DNA of 64,000 nucleotides. Origin: a virus. Shown here piece after piece: positions 9,208-18,173 of the stretch. The stretch is from the IMG/VR virus record IMGVR_UViG_3300025892_000010, one strand, 5' to 3'. Position 1 is the first letter of the stretch. Each line of letters begins with the position of its first letter. The notes under the pieces are model-generated. The model saw nothing but the letters and a program-made list of their open reading frames with translations, did no database searches and had not been told where the DNA came from. The position numbers and the translations under genes are program-made.

Positions 9208-11037
9208 TTATTGTAATGATTTCAAAGCAGCTATTTCTGCCTGTAAAGTATTTATTCGTGTTGACACCCTAGCTAGAGCATTCATTTGAACAGCAATTGG
9301 GTCATTACTTATATAGACATTTAAGGATGCCTCTTTATATATTTGTTGCTGTTCTAATATATTTAGTTTTTCAAATAACTCTAGGTTACCATCAGGAATT
9401 GTTCCACCGTTTAATCTTTTGTTCTTATATGCCGTTAAATCTGGTGCATTTGAAGATAACCCTGCTGATATTACTAAAGAAGTTGCTTGTAGTTTTTGGT
9501 CAACTCTTTTTAATTTAGAATTTATTTTTGCAATAATTCTTTCTACTTTTTTACCTATGCTGTCAATGTCGGTAGTGGCAATCTTCCTGTCCGAGACAGA
9601 TACATCTGTCTCATCTTCCACAACTTCGCCATCACTCTCCGTCTCCTTTTGTCCTTCTGTTTCCTTATCTTCAACCACCTCTGGTTCATTAGATACAACA
9701 TCACTCTCTTGTCCTTCCGGCTTTGTTGTTTTTTCATCTGTTGATAAAGTTTCCTCTGTCTTAACGGTTTCTGTTGTAAGTTCTTCATTAGTAGCATTTG
9801 GTTCTTCCTTTATGTTAGATTCTTCGGTTGTTTTTGACTCTATCATATCGTTATTTTCTACTTCAAAATTACTCGTCATTGTCTCTTCTTCTTTAAATTC
9901 TTCCATCTTCGGTTCTTCCATCATAATTTCTGGTTCATTTAAACTAGCAATTTCATTCATCATATCACCACCTAATTCTTTCATCATACTATCGCCTAAC
10001 TCCTCAAAAAATTGTTGTTCAGTAATACCTTCAACTTTTAATTCTTGTTTAAAATCTTGTACTAGATTATTGGTTTCTATAAAATCTGTAAATTGCATTT
10101 CTACAAATTCTTCAAACTTTACTTCTTCTATTTTACCAAGGTCATCTTCAACTATAACCTCAAATTTTATTTCCTCTATTTTTACTTCTTCCATTTTATC
10201 TATTTCTTTAAATGCGTCATCAACTTTATTATCTAAATCTAGGAATAAATCTTTACCATCAGAGGTTTTTAAATCAACTGCGTCTGCAATATCATTACCT
10301 GCGTCTGTACAAGTTCCTAATTCTGAGCAAGGTGTAATTGTTGTAGTGTTAACACCAGCAGTTGTAATAGATAACTGAACATTATCTACATCTGGTCCCC
10401 AATGGGCACCATCATTACCTGTGCCAGCTGTATTATTATAAACTTCAGCTCTTATTGTAAAATCTGTTTGTGTATTTGCATTGTGAGTATAACTATCAGT
10501 TTGATTATTCCATTGACCACTATTCGTTGACCTATTCGGGTCGTAGTCATTTATATTTCTTGTTTGTGTAGTTACCGTACCATCACCGGCTGTGATAGTT
10601 TGTTTAAGTGTTAGTGTGTTTTCAACACTATTCCAAAACCAAATGTCTGCTGACATTGTTGAAGTAAAACCCTCATTGATTTGTGATTGTGTTAAATGAC
10701 TATCGCCAACTAAATCTACATCTTGGTAAATACTACCATTTGGGTCGCCTTCAAATGCTAAAACACCACCTGAAGTATTTTGTCCTGATTGAGTTGAACC
10801 TGTTGTGGAGGTGTGGCCTTGACCGACATCACCTGAAATTGTCCAACCGTTTGAGTTGTAACCAGATGTTCCGAAAGTTGAGTTTGTTAAGACGTTGCCT
10901 GTGGTTGTTCCTGCTGTAGATGTAGTACAGGTACGGTCACCAAGGTCGTTGGTTGTACAGGTCTCTGCCTTACTTACGTTTAGAAAAGTCGTAAGGGTTA
11001 AGGCTATGACCAAACTTATAAACTTTATAACTTGCAT
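9208..11037 (-). CDS. Exported protein: signal peptide, beta-rich (CBM-like) domain, acidic linker, coiled coil
   Basis: MQVIKFISLVIALTLTTFLNVSKA signal; Cys pairs; NSTF..GW..YQDVDL..GPDVDNVQL pattern. Confidence 0.65.
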   Translation of the reverse strand: MQVIKFISLVIALTLTTFLNVSKAETCTTNDLGDRTCTTSTAGTTTGNVLTNSTFGTSGYNSNGWTISGDVGQGHTSTTGSTQSGQNTSGGVLAFEGDPNGSIYQDVDLVGDSHLTQSQINEGFTSTMSADIWFWNSVENTLTLKQTITAGDGTVTTQTRNINDYDPNRSTNSGQWNNQTDSYTHNANTQTDFTIRAEVYNNTAGTGNDGAHWGPDVDNVQLSITTAGVNTTTITPCSELGTCTDAGNDIADAVDLKTSDGKDLFLDLDNKVDDAFKEIDKMEEVKIEEIKFEVIVEDDLGKIEEVKFEEFVEMQFTDFIETNNLVQDFKQELKVEGITEQQFFEELGDSMMKELGGDMMNEIASLNEPEIMMEEPKMEEFKEEETMTSNFEVENNDMIESKTTEESNIKEEPNATNEELTTETVKTEETLSTDEKTTKPEGQESDVVSNEPEVVEDKETEGQKETESDGEVVEDETDVSVSDRKIATTDIDSIGKKVERIIAKINSKLKRVDQKLQATSLVISAGLSSNAPDLTAYKNKRLNGGTIPDGNLELFEKLNILEQQQIYKEASLNVYISNDPIAVQMNALARVSTRINTLQAEIAALKSLQ

Positions 11038-11086
11038 ATGCTACAAGGCAACTCCAAATAAGCCAATTAATAGTACCGTAATCCAT
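10970..11086 (-). CDS. Possible 38-aa membrane peptide overlapping the start of the 609-aa gene
   Basis: MDYGTINWLIWSCLVAYASYKVYKFGHSLNPYDFSKRK; AGGA upstream. Confidence 0.35.
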   Translation of the reverse strand: MDYGTINWLIWSCLVAYASYKVYKFGHSLNPYDFSKRK

Positions 11087-11099
11087 AAATTATTTATTC

Positions 11100-11873
11100 C
11101 TACTTCGGTGGATTTTGTTTCATCTCCAGGCTTTTTTTTTTCGATTCTATATCAGCAGCCTTATCTACTTCTTTCCACTCTTTATTAGATTTTTTTTCTT
11201 CTATCTTTTTTAATTTTTCTTGTACAACTTTTAATTCTTCTTGTCTAGCAATCTCATCTTTCTTTGCTTGAATTTTGTCTGCTTTCTGTACAACTTTTAA
11301 TCTCTTTGTATAGATGTCATAATCAGGTCTTAACTTATTGTATTTTGACCATTGTTCAGTTGCAGCCTTACCAATTTTACCTTCAAACGGACAAGGTGTA
11401 CCTGATTGTTCCATTGCAAAGAAAACTCTAGGATCCTGACATAAAATTGACACAGCAGCCACTTTCATACCAAGGTCATTTAAGACTTTAGATAATTTTA
11501 TACGTTCACAATTTTCGTCTGTTCTATATGAACCAGCAGATATACCTAAACCAAATGAAGACACACCACCTGACATACCAACCACACATAAATCCTGTGA
11601 CATTGCTGACATACTAGGTGCTGAAGATGAATTTACAACTCTTTGGTCACCTGTATAGGCGTTTGTTGTACTATTAGATGTGGTATTGGAAGACGAACCA
11701 CTAGCGTAAGTAGTAGTTGATTCTTGGCTATATCCACCAGAAATAGTGGTGTTAGAACCCGAAGTTGTTGTTTGTGTGTTGGTCGTGGCACCATTTGAAG
11801 TGGTGTCCGCAAGTGTCAAGTGTGTTAGTCCCATAACGAAACATATTATAAGACCGATTAAAGTCTTGTTCAT
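11100..11873 (-). CDS. Exported Cys/Gly-rich protein with possible -1 frameshift extension to 11041
   Basis: Signal MNKTLIGLIICFVMGLTHLTLA, T/S/N-rich stalk, four Cys in the mature part, A10 run near the 3' end. Confidence 0.7.
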   Translation of the reverse strand: MNKTLIGLIICFVMGLTHLTLADTTSNGATTNTQTTTSGSNTTISGGYSQESTTTYASGSSSNTTSNSTTNAYTGDQRVVNSSSAPSMSAMSQDLCVVGMSGGVSSFGLGISAGSYRTDENCERIKLSKVLNDLGMKVAAVSILCQDPRVFFAMEQSGTPCPFEGKIGKAATEQWSKYNKLRPDYDIYTKRLKVVQKADKIQAKKDEIARQEELKVVQEKLKKIEEKKSNKEWKEVDKAADIESKKKSLEMKQNPPK

Positions 11874-11952
11874 AATTTGTCTCTGCGCCTCTACGTGAGT
11901 TAATCTCACTTATTTGTATGCAATTTTCGTGCAAATGAGGTCGTTATACCTT

Positions 11953-11960
11953 TATTTATA
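11953..11960 (-). promoter_or_regulatory. T4-type late promoter
   Basis: TATAAATA in the intergenic gap. Confidence 0.7.
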
Positions 11961-11972
11961 AAGGATTTTATT

Positions 11973-12191
11973 TTATTCTAGTATCAAAGCCTTAATGCCT
12001 TTTGAGCCATCAATATTAATTTCTAATTCTGCCTTTGACTTAATGCAACTATACTGAACACTACCATTGGTTTTCAATTGTCTCTCGGCTATTCTTTTTC
12101 CTTTGAGACAAATTGACATAGTGTCTTGAATTCTATGCTCCTTAATTTCATTATTCACAATCATAAGTAATGCTACAATTGTTTCAATCAT
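11973..12191 (-). CDS. Small exported/membrane protein with two Cys
   Basis: Hydrophobic N-terminus, 72 aa. Confidence 0.55.
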   Translation of the reverse strand: MIETIVALLMIVNNEIKEHRIQDTMSICLKGKRIAERQLKTNGSVQYSCIKSKAELEINIDGSKGIKALILE

Positions 12192-12649
12192 TAGTGTGCG
12201 TCTCCGTTACCGTTCTTATAGACAATCTCTCTGTCTGCGTCTTTTAGTTTTTCAATATCTTCTTTAGCCTTAATCATTTGTTCTTTTAAGAAACCGATTT
12301 CTAATTTGTTGTTCATCATACCTTCAATGTGTTCTTCCATCTTTTCCACGGTCTTATATAAATCCTCAATCAACATAAATTGCTCGGAATCGGCAGGTAA
12401 ACTACCCATTTCACCTCTTGGCCATTTAATTCTAAACTCTGTATTCTTTTCCAAGTCAACTACTAACATTTCTGTTGCTTGTACTAAATCTTTTTCTAAT
12501 AATGTTATTTTAGTTTCTGATATGTTTAGGCGTTCTACTATGCCGAAATAACTCCACACTCCGACAGCCACGGCTCCGATTATGGCCAGCATATTCCGGA
12601 TTGGCATTGCAACAGCTGTGTTGTCATCTACTGATATTGGTTTACTCAT
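12191..12649 (-). CDS. Membrane-anchored coiled-coil protein
   Basis: TM MLAIIGAVAVGVWSYFGIV followed by heptads. Confidence 0.6.
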   Translation of the reverse strand: MSKPISVDDNTAVAMPIRNMLAIIGAVAVGVWSYFGIVERLNISETKITLLEKDLVQATEMLVVDLEKNTEFRIKWPRGEMGSLPADSEQFMLIEDLYKTVEKMEEHIEGMMNNKLEIGFLKEQMIKAKEDIEKLKDADREIVYKNGNGDAH

Positions 12650-13031
12650 CTTTTATATCTTCACTTTCATAGTATTCTTTATATTTATCTAACAAATCAT
12701 TTGTAATCTTCAACTGATTTCGGATTCTAGCAAAGTTCTTAGCCAAGAGTTCAAAGTCTTTATCTGTAAGTCCCCATAACACCGGGTCAATGCCTGATTC
12801 CTCTAGCTTTTTGAACACTTCCTCGGCGTTCTCACTAGTTATAATTATCCATTTTAAATTCTCTAATTCAAGTGGTGTGGGTTTGTTCAAATTGAGTTTT
12901 TCCCTCGGTACCTCTTGCTTAAATATCTCTAACTGCTTTACACCTGAGCAACCTGATAAGAATATACACAGCATTAATGGTACTGCTATTATCCAGGCAA
13001 GTCTGTATGTTTTATCTTTAGTATGGGACAT
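12642..13031 (-). CDS. Lipoprotein, o-spanin (Rz1-like)
   Basis: Lipobox FLSG-C after a hydrophobic stretch; start MSHTK overlaps the 3' end of the upstream gene. Confidence 0.65.
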   Translation of the reverse strand: MSHTKDKTYRLAWIIAVPLMLCIFLSGCSGVKQLEIFKQEVPREKLNLNKPTPLELENLKWIIITSENAEEVFKKLEESGIDPVLWGLTDKDFELLAKNFARIRNQLKITNDLLDKYKEYYESEDIKDE

Positions 13032-13488
13032 AATTTGGATTTGCAATACTAGGACACTCTGAATTAATTTCAGACTTCTTTGTAGCATTCTTTTCCTCAT
13101 CTGTTAAAGGTGAGCCACTAGCAATCTCTATACATCTTGTCGCCAATGCACTTGCACCGTTTGTTATTCGTTCAATAGATTCTGTTCTCTGTATGGCTAA
13201 CTTACCAACGTCTCTATTTTTTTTATTAAATCTCTTATCTAAATCTTCTAAATCTTTTTTAAGTACACTTACTAACTCATTCATCTTATTGTTAGCGTCT
13301 AGTATTTTCTTAAAATCTATCTTTTGATTTTCTATAAGTTCTTTCTGCTCTGATACAGCAGATTCTAATTTAATTTGATTTGCTTTTAACGTTGCGTTAT
13401 CAGCTCTTAATTTAAATACATAGGCGCCGGCGCCGGCAAGGCCGGCAACCATAACACCTATCATAATCATTCTCATACTACCAAACAT
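13018..13488 (-). CDS. i-spanin (Rz-like)
   Basis: N-terminal TM, long coiled coil, C-terminal Cys; overlaps the lipoprotein gene. Confidence 0.65.
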   Translation of the reverse strand: MFGSMRMIMIGVMVAGLAGAGAYVFKLRADNATLKANQIKLESAVSEQKELIENQKIDFKKILDANNKMNELVSVLKKDLEDLDKRFNKKNRDVGKLAIQRTESIERITNGASALATRCIEIASGSPLTDEEKNATKKSEINSECPSIANPNYVPY

Positions 13489-13489
13489 T

Positions 13490-13600
13490 TTATTTTTTCC
13501 AAAATTTTAGTTTCTTTGCCATAGCAGCTACGTCTTCAAATTTTTCATTGACGTACCAACCAGCAATAAAACCTACAATAAATCCTATTGTTGTAAACAT
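13490..13600 (-). CDS. 36-aa membrane peptide
   Basis: MFTTIGFIVGFIAGWYVNEKFEDVAAMAKKLKFWKK fills the gap exactly; AGGAG SD. Confidence 0.6.
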   Translation of the reverse strand: MFTTIGFIVGFIAGWYVNEKFEDVAAMAKKLKFWKK

Positions 13601-13601
13601 T

Positions 13602-14186
13602 TTAATCTCCTATTTTTGCGTTTCTTTTTCTATGACCATTCCACGCAACAAAGCCACCTGCTCTCAATGACCAGTATGCTAGATAATTCATAAGATAAAA
13701 ACCGTTAACATTAATGTTTATATCTCTAAAGATTTCGTCTGCTCTTTTTTGAGATATTTTACCTAACGTATCTCTTTTATTTTCTCTTAACAAAGTTTCA
13801 TACTTGTAAGCATAGTCGTGTACAAGACCACCTATTAGTAATACACCAACTGGTGAGAAAAATGTTCTTAAAAATTTTGGTATACTTGCACCATCAAATT
13901 TAAAGCCAGCAGGTATTACATATTTGTTTCCGTTTAACACGTAAGTAAAATCGTTTACTAGTTGCCAATTTCTAGTTCCTAATAACCACATTACTATTGC
14001 TTTAAAAAAACCTTTGCCTTTTGTTTTTATAGGTAAAGGTTTTAAATCTGGCATTGCTGTGTATGCGAAAGTATAACATTTAGGTCTCTTTCTATCAAAC
14101 AAGTTGATAGCAAAACCTAATATTACAAACGCAATTAACAATGACCATTGCCAAAACTTCATTGCTAAACCCATTAATAGTTCCAT
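13602..14186 (-). CDS. DUF1353-family protein with N-terminal TM
   Basis: PAGFKFDGASIP...HDYAY...RADEIF. Confidence 0.75.
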   Translation of the reverse strand: MELLMGLAMKFWQWSLLIAFVILGFAINLFDRKRPKCYTFAYTAMPDLKPLPIKTKGKGFFKAIVMWLLGTRNWQLVNDFTYVLNGNKYVIPAGFKFDGASIPKFLRTFFSPVGVLLIGGLVHDYAYKYETLLRENKRDTLGKISQKRADEIFRDININVNGFYLMNYLAYWSLRAGGFVAWNGHRKRNAKIGD

Positions 14187-14187
14187 A

Positions 14188-14727
14188 TTAATCCTTACTT
14201 TTTTTATTTGTATCTATATATGTCTGGTAAATCTTATGAGCCTGACCTAGATTTTTTTTCTTTTCAGGATCCTTTGCTCTCTCACTTGCAACCTTGGCTC
14301 TTTGCGACATTGCAATTGCAGCCTGCATTTTGTGAGCGTGTGTTTTACCAGAGTTCTTAATCTTACTTACAGATTTTCTAGCAGTTTCGCCATCTGTAAA
14401 ACCTAAACCGTGTATTGTACCTTTAGGATTTTCATCTGTATATAAATTTTTATCTTCTTTAATACCTAATCTTTTTTGTACTCTTTCAATTTCTTTTTTA
14501 ATTTGTTTTTGTTTTTGAGAACCTGGCATTACTGACATTGCTTGTCTTACAAGTTTGTAATATAAAGCTTTGTCTTTTAAATCATATTCTTTATTTGCAT
14601 TAATACCTACACTCCTTTTTGTCTTATATTGAGCGCCTTTAGGTGGCGTATCACCTAAACTAGCAATGGGAGCTAAACTATTAACACCATTACTAAAGCC
14701 TGTTATATATTCTTTTAGAGTCTTCAT
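14188..14727 (-). CDS. Putative internal head protein, modular
   Basis: MKTLKEYI N-terminus; basic domain LYTDENPKGTIHGLGF. Confidence 0.55.
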   Translation of the reverse strand: MKTLKEYITGFSNGVNSLAPIASLGDTPPKGAQYKTKRSVGINANKEYDLKDKALYYKLVRQAMSVMPGSQKQKQIKKEIERVQKRLGIKEDKNLYTDENPKGTIHGLGFTDGETARKSVSKIKNSGKTHAHKMQAAIAMSQRAKVASERAKDPEKKKNLGQAHKIYQTYIDTNKKSKD

Positions 14728-15062
14728 ACTTTAGATTTTTCTCTAATCGTTTCTTTTACTTCAGGTTCTTCTATTCTTATTTCTTCTTTAACAATACCTG
14801 ATAGTTCATCAACTTTTTCATCTAATTTATCTAGTGTATTTAAAACACCTTTTAAAACTACATTATTGTTATCGTTATTTTCTTTTATCTTTGCACCAAA
14901 CTTTTTCATAATAGTTCTTCGCAACACATCTTCAGCGTCATCTTTTTTCTTCTTCGCATTAGGGGCCATATCTACACCACCGTGTGCTACTGCGTTTGTT
15001 GGTGCCTCTTCATCCATCTTATTGATGATTTCATCCATCATTTCTTTATAGTGTTTGGGCAT
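14724..15062 (-). CDS. Hypothetical (probable head-internal) protein
   Basis: EEAPTNAV motif; charged. Confidence 0.55.
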   Translation of the reverse strand: MPKHYKEMMDEIINKMDEEAPTNAVAHGGVDMAPNAKKKKDDAEDVLRRTIMKKFGAKIKENNDNNNVVLKGVLNTLDKLDEKVDELSGIVKEEIRIEEPEVKETIREKSKV

Positions 15063-15525
15063 ATTCTTTCTCCGATATTAGTTCGTCACCTTTTTCATAA
15101 ACATCAATACCAAAACAAGTCATATACGGCTCTTGTTCTATATCCAATTCAGGTATTTCTCCTTCTTCGGATAACATTTCATCATATAAATTTTGTTCTT
15201 TTAAATATGTTATTATTGTTGATTCAAGAGTGTCTTTATATTGAGCATAACTCTTATCTTCTTTAATTAATAAAGCTAATGCAACTGCAAAAGAACCTAG
15301 TTTAGAACCTAGACCAACTCTTTTAAGTATTTTTTTGATATTAAATACAAATCTATGTAATAAAGTGTAGTGTCTTTTCTTACTACCTAATACATTTTTA
15401 TATTTAATTAACACCTTACCATCTTTGTCAATAATACCATTCTTAAATGCACCTGTTTTTTCAAACGGTGTAATAAGCATTTTGACAACACGATAAGTTA
15501 TTAAAAAATCAATACCTCTAGCCAT
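15046..15525 (-). CDS. Conserved T4-like hypothetical protein
   Basis: PFEKTGAFKNGIIDKDG. Confidence 0.65.
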   Translation of the reverse strand: MARGIDFLITYRVVKMLITPFEKTGAFKNGIIDKDGKVLIKYKNVLGSKKRHYTLLHRFVFNIKKILKRVGLGSKLGSFAVALALLIKEDKSYAQYKDTLESTIITYLKEQNLYDEMLSEEGEIPELDIEQEPYMTCFGIDVYEKGDELISEKEYAQTL

Positions 15526-15887
15526 TATAGTTCCTCTAACATCTTCTTAATGTTTTGGTCTTCTTTCTCCTCAACTAATTCGTGAGGGTAAAGGTAACCT
15601 AGATAACCACAAATAGTCTTTAGTATTGGCCAATAAACTTTATCTATTTTAAATAACAATAAAGTCATACAGGCGTCAGCACCAAAAACATTATGTAATA
15701 ATATAATATGGTTTAATACTAATCTTATCTTTAAATCACCAGACGTTTCATATTTACGAAACAATCTTTTAAGATATTTAAACCTTTTTACATCATCATC
15801 AAACTCTTGTTGTACTTCAAGAGTAGGGTTGTCATAATTATGCATAGCATATAACAACCAGTTTTGTTTGGTTATCGTATCAAACAT
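15525..15887 (-). CDS. Conserved T4-like hypothetical protein
   Basis: YDNP...EFDDDVKRFKYLKRL...NHIILLHNVFG. Confidence 0.7.
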   Translation of the reverse strand: MFDTITKQNWLLYAMHNYDNPTLEVQQEFDDDVKRFKYLKRLFRKYETSGDLKIRLVLNHIILLHNVFGADACMTLLLFKIDKVYWPILKTICGYLGYLYPHELVEEKEDQNIKKMLEEL

Positions 15888-15890
15888 TAT

Positions 15891-16328
15891 TTACACTAAT
15901 TTAGCGTAAACTTTAGACATTCCTGTTTTTAACGTTTCGTACTCTACTTGAAGTTTCAAACCACCTTCTTTTTTATGAGAAATACCATCATCATTAATAT
16001 CAGAACCATCTACGTCCTTACCAAATCTTCCTCCACCAAATTTTACTTCGGTTGTAAAGTTACCTTTTTCACCAGTAGTTTCTTGAACAGGTACAAATAG
16101 ACCTATTCTCATTAAATTATTTCTTATTTCTTCAACAGCTGTCTGAGCAGACATATATTCTTTGCTCGCTGTTCCACCAAGAAATGCATTAACTCTTTTT
16201 AAAACTTCCGGGTCTTGTATGTTGTGAACACCAATAGAACCATCTTCAAAAGAAGCTGCGTCAGGTGTACCAACGTGGCCGCCATCAAGACTTTCTTTGA
16301 TGTTTATGTGTTGTTTAAAAGTTTTCAT
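15891..16328 (-). CDS. Putative internal head protein
   Basis: MKTFKQHINIKE N-terminus. Confidence 0.6.
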   Translation of the reverse strand: MKTFKQHINIKESLDGGHVGTPDAASFEDGSIGVHNIQDPEVLKRVNAFLGGTASKEYMSAQTAVEEIRNNLMRIGLFVPVQETTGEKGNFTTEVKFGGGRFGKDVDGSDINDDGISHKKEGGLKLQVEYETLKTGMSKVYAKLV

Positions 16329-16483
16329 TACTCTTCTTCCTTGTTTTTTTCTTCTTTGTCTTCAGATTTTTTTTTAGTTTTCATACTAGCCATAGGTTTA
16401 TTAGTACCAAGACCAGGACCTAAAATATCTTCCTCAAAGTCTTTCAAATTTTCATCTTCTATAAAAGATTTAAATTTTTTCAT
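16328..16483 (-). CDS. 51-aa charged peptide, putative head cargo
   Basis: Hand-translated MKKFKSFIEDENLKDFEED...; TAATG coupling. Confidence 0.55.
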   Translation of the reverse strand: MKKFKSFIEDENLKDFEEDILGPGLGTNKPMASMKTKKKSEDKEEKNKEEE

Positions 16484-16709
16484 TTTTACTTTTCTTTACT
16501 TTCTTTAATACGACTTCTTTATTAGTTGCCATATTGATTAAGTTGGTAGAAAATTGTATTGCACCATTTAAAGCATTTAAATTACTTTTCATAGTACCAA
16601 CATCAATTTCTACTTTTTGAATCTTATCTTTCAACTCATTAAAGTCTTTAGTAAGTCGCTGTCTTTCATCTTGCAATTCTGCTAATGTTATATTCATAAT
16701 ATTCTCCAA
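16470..16709 (-). CDS. Small coiled-coil protein
   Basis: Heptad pattern, 79 aa. Confidence 0.55.
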   Translation of the reverse strand: MENIMNITLAELQDERQRLTKDFNELKDKIQKVEIDVGTMKSNLNALNGAIQFSTNLINMATNKEVVLKKVKKSKNEKI

Positions 16710-16717
16710 TTAATAAA

Positions 16718-17176
16718 TTACGCTGTCGTACCAGTATTTGCTAAAATGTTCCAAGAACCATTTTTAAAAAAACATACGGCAGTTTGACCTGCACCAGATA
16801 ATACTATACTAGTATGACCTCGTAAGTTTGCCGGTGTAATTGTAGCATTGTTAGAACCAGTTGATGATGTATTCATAAAAATTTTGATTTGACCATCTGC
16901 ACCATTAGCTAATGTAATAGTACCTGCTTGGTTTGTTGCGTTGATTTCAGTAACCGCTGAGGTAACATCAGCCGCTAAAACTGAAGAACCATCTAACGAT
17001 AGTTGTTGTGAAGCTTGTTTCAATCCTAACCAAGTTGGTATGTTATTGAATATAGAAGCTGCATTTACTTTTTTATTGATTGGTGTTCCAGTCGGGTCAT
17101 CCACAATGTGGAATAAATCTACTGAAGCTAATGCGTTACCTAAATCGGTAAGCTGTGTGATTTTCTTATCTGCCAT
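16718..17176 (-). CDS. Virion structural/fibre-like protein
   Basis: MADKKITQL start after AGGAG; late promoter upstream. Confidence 0.55.
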   Translation of the reverse strand: MADKKITQLTDLGNALASVDLFHIVDDPTGTPINKKVNAASIFNNIPTWLGLKQASQQLSLDGSSVLAADVTSAVTEINATNQAGTITLANGADGQIKIFMNTSSTGSNNATITPANLRGHTSIVLSGAGQTAVCFFKNGSWNILANTGTTA

Positions 17177-17241
17177 TTTTTCTCCTTTAAACCCTTTCGG
17201 GAATTCTACTTGCGCCAGTTGACGCAATCACTTTATTAATA

Positions 17242-17249
17242 TATTTATA
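17242..17249 (-). promoter_or_regulatory. T4-type late promoter
   Basis: TATAAATA. Confidence 0.7.
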
Positions 17250-17250
17250 A

Positions 17251-17268
17251 AGGGGGCCGAAGCCCCCT
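17251..17268 (-). terminator. cUUCGg-tetraloop hairpin/terminator
   Basis: AGGGGGC-TTCG-GCCCCCT followed by a short T run. Confidence 0.7.
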
Positions 17269-17282
17269 CTAATTAGTTGTTA

Positions 17283-17564
17283 TTAAGCGGCGTTAGTTAA
17301 AACTGATAAAGTCTCGTATTGTACTCTACCATTTCTACCACCTGAACCAGTAATTTTTAAGTTCCAACCTGCGTGGCCAGCACCTGCCGGTACTTCACCA
17401 TCTGCATAGTTAAATAAACCCAATGTGACACCTGTAATAAAGTTGTCAGCAGTTGCGTCTTCAAATAAGTTAGTTCTATTTGCACTTGTTGGTGCTAATT
17501 TAGCAGCGGCACAAGCCCATAAAGGTGCTCCTGCAGCTGAATCTGCGCTAGTTTGCATAGACAT
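17283..17564 (-). CDS. Small virion structural protein
   Basis: Late promoter upstream; HAGW...GRNGRVQYETL. Confidence 0.55.
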   Translation of the reverse strand: MSMQTSADSAAGAPLWACAAAKLAPTSANRTNLFEDATADNFITGVTLGLFNYADGEVPAGAGHAGWNLKITGSGGRNGRVQYETLSVLTNAA

Positions 17565-17616
17565 AGTATTCTCTCCCTTTGTTAAATTTAGGTACTCAAT
17601 TCTTAATATGTACCAC

Positions 17617-17624
17617 TATTTATA
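17617..17624 (-). promoter_or_regulatory. T4-type late promoter
   Basis: TATAAATA. Confidence 0.7.
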
Positions 17625-17630
17625 AGGGAT

Positions 17631-18113
17631 TTAATCTTCTAGGAGTTTTTTGAGAAGTCTGATAGTTCTTGAAGTATCACCATTATGGACAACACCTTGT
17701 CCACCTTTAGCTCTAAATTCATTAACGTTTTTAGGATAATCGTCTATCAGTATTGAATTCTTATCTGCGTATTGTTGTTTTTGTACACGCTTAACAAGAT
17801 TAATTCTATTAGAGGCAATGCCAAGATTTTTGGTTGCCCAATATTTTTTACCAGGTATACAATTCTTATCGTAAGTATCCTCTACGTAAGCTGATAAAAT
17901 TTCTGTATTATATTTTTTTAGGAAGTTCCAGAGTTGTTTGCCGCCTTTATGCCAAGGTAATGTAGACCAAAAATCTGGTTTACTTTTGATAGTACCCCAT
18001 TTTTCAGACTTACTGCCTTGAGCCCAAACGTCAATCTTCTTGCCGGTAAGTGTTTCAGCACCTTTTACAAAGTCGCATAGCACACCATCCATATCACAAT
18101 AGATTTTTTTCAT
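17631..18113 (-). CDS. HAD-family 5'(3')-nucleotidase
   Basis: YCDMDGVLCDF, LIDD motifs. Confidence 0.8.
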   Translation of the reverse strand: MKKIYCDMDGVLCDFVKGAETLTGKKIDVWAQGSKSEKWGTIKSKPDFWSTLPWHKGGKQLWNFLKKYNTEILSAYVEDTYDKNCIPGKKYWATKNLGIASNRINLVKRVQKQQYADKNSILIDDYPKNVNEFRAKGGQGVVHNGDTSRTIRLLKKLLED

Positions 18114-18136
18114 AGTGTTTGTCCTTTCATACTAGT

Positions 18137-18164
18137 ATAATAACACATCCAATATAAAAGGCAA
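18137..18164 (-). promoter_or_regulatory. Sigma70-type early promoter
   Basis: TTGCCT-16-TATTAT with extended TG. Confidence 0.5.
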
Positions 18165-18173
18165 GCGTTAATT

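Noticed and set aside
9419-10378. 319-aa plus-strand ORF (and the other plus-strand ORFs in the track)
   Set aside because: Ser/Phe/Leu-rich antisense shadows of Glu/Lys-rich minus-strand genes; no SD or promoter support.
16350-16380. Other long A/T runs (e.g. 16367-16376) as slippage sites
   Set aside because: They encode Lys runs in charged peptides, and no meaningful alternative-frame extension was evident.
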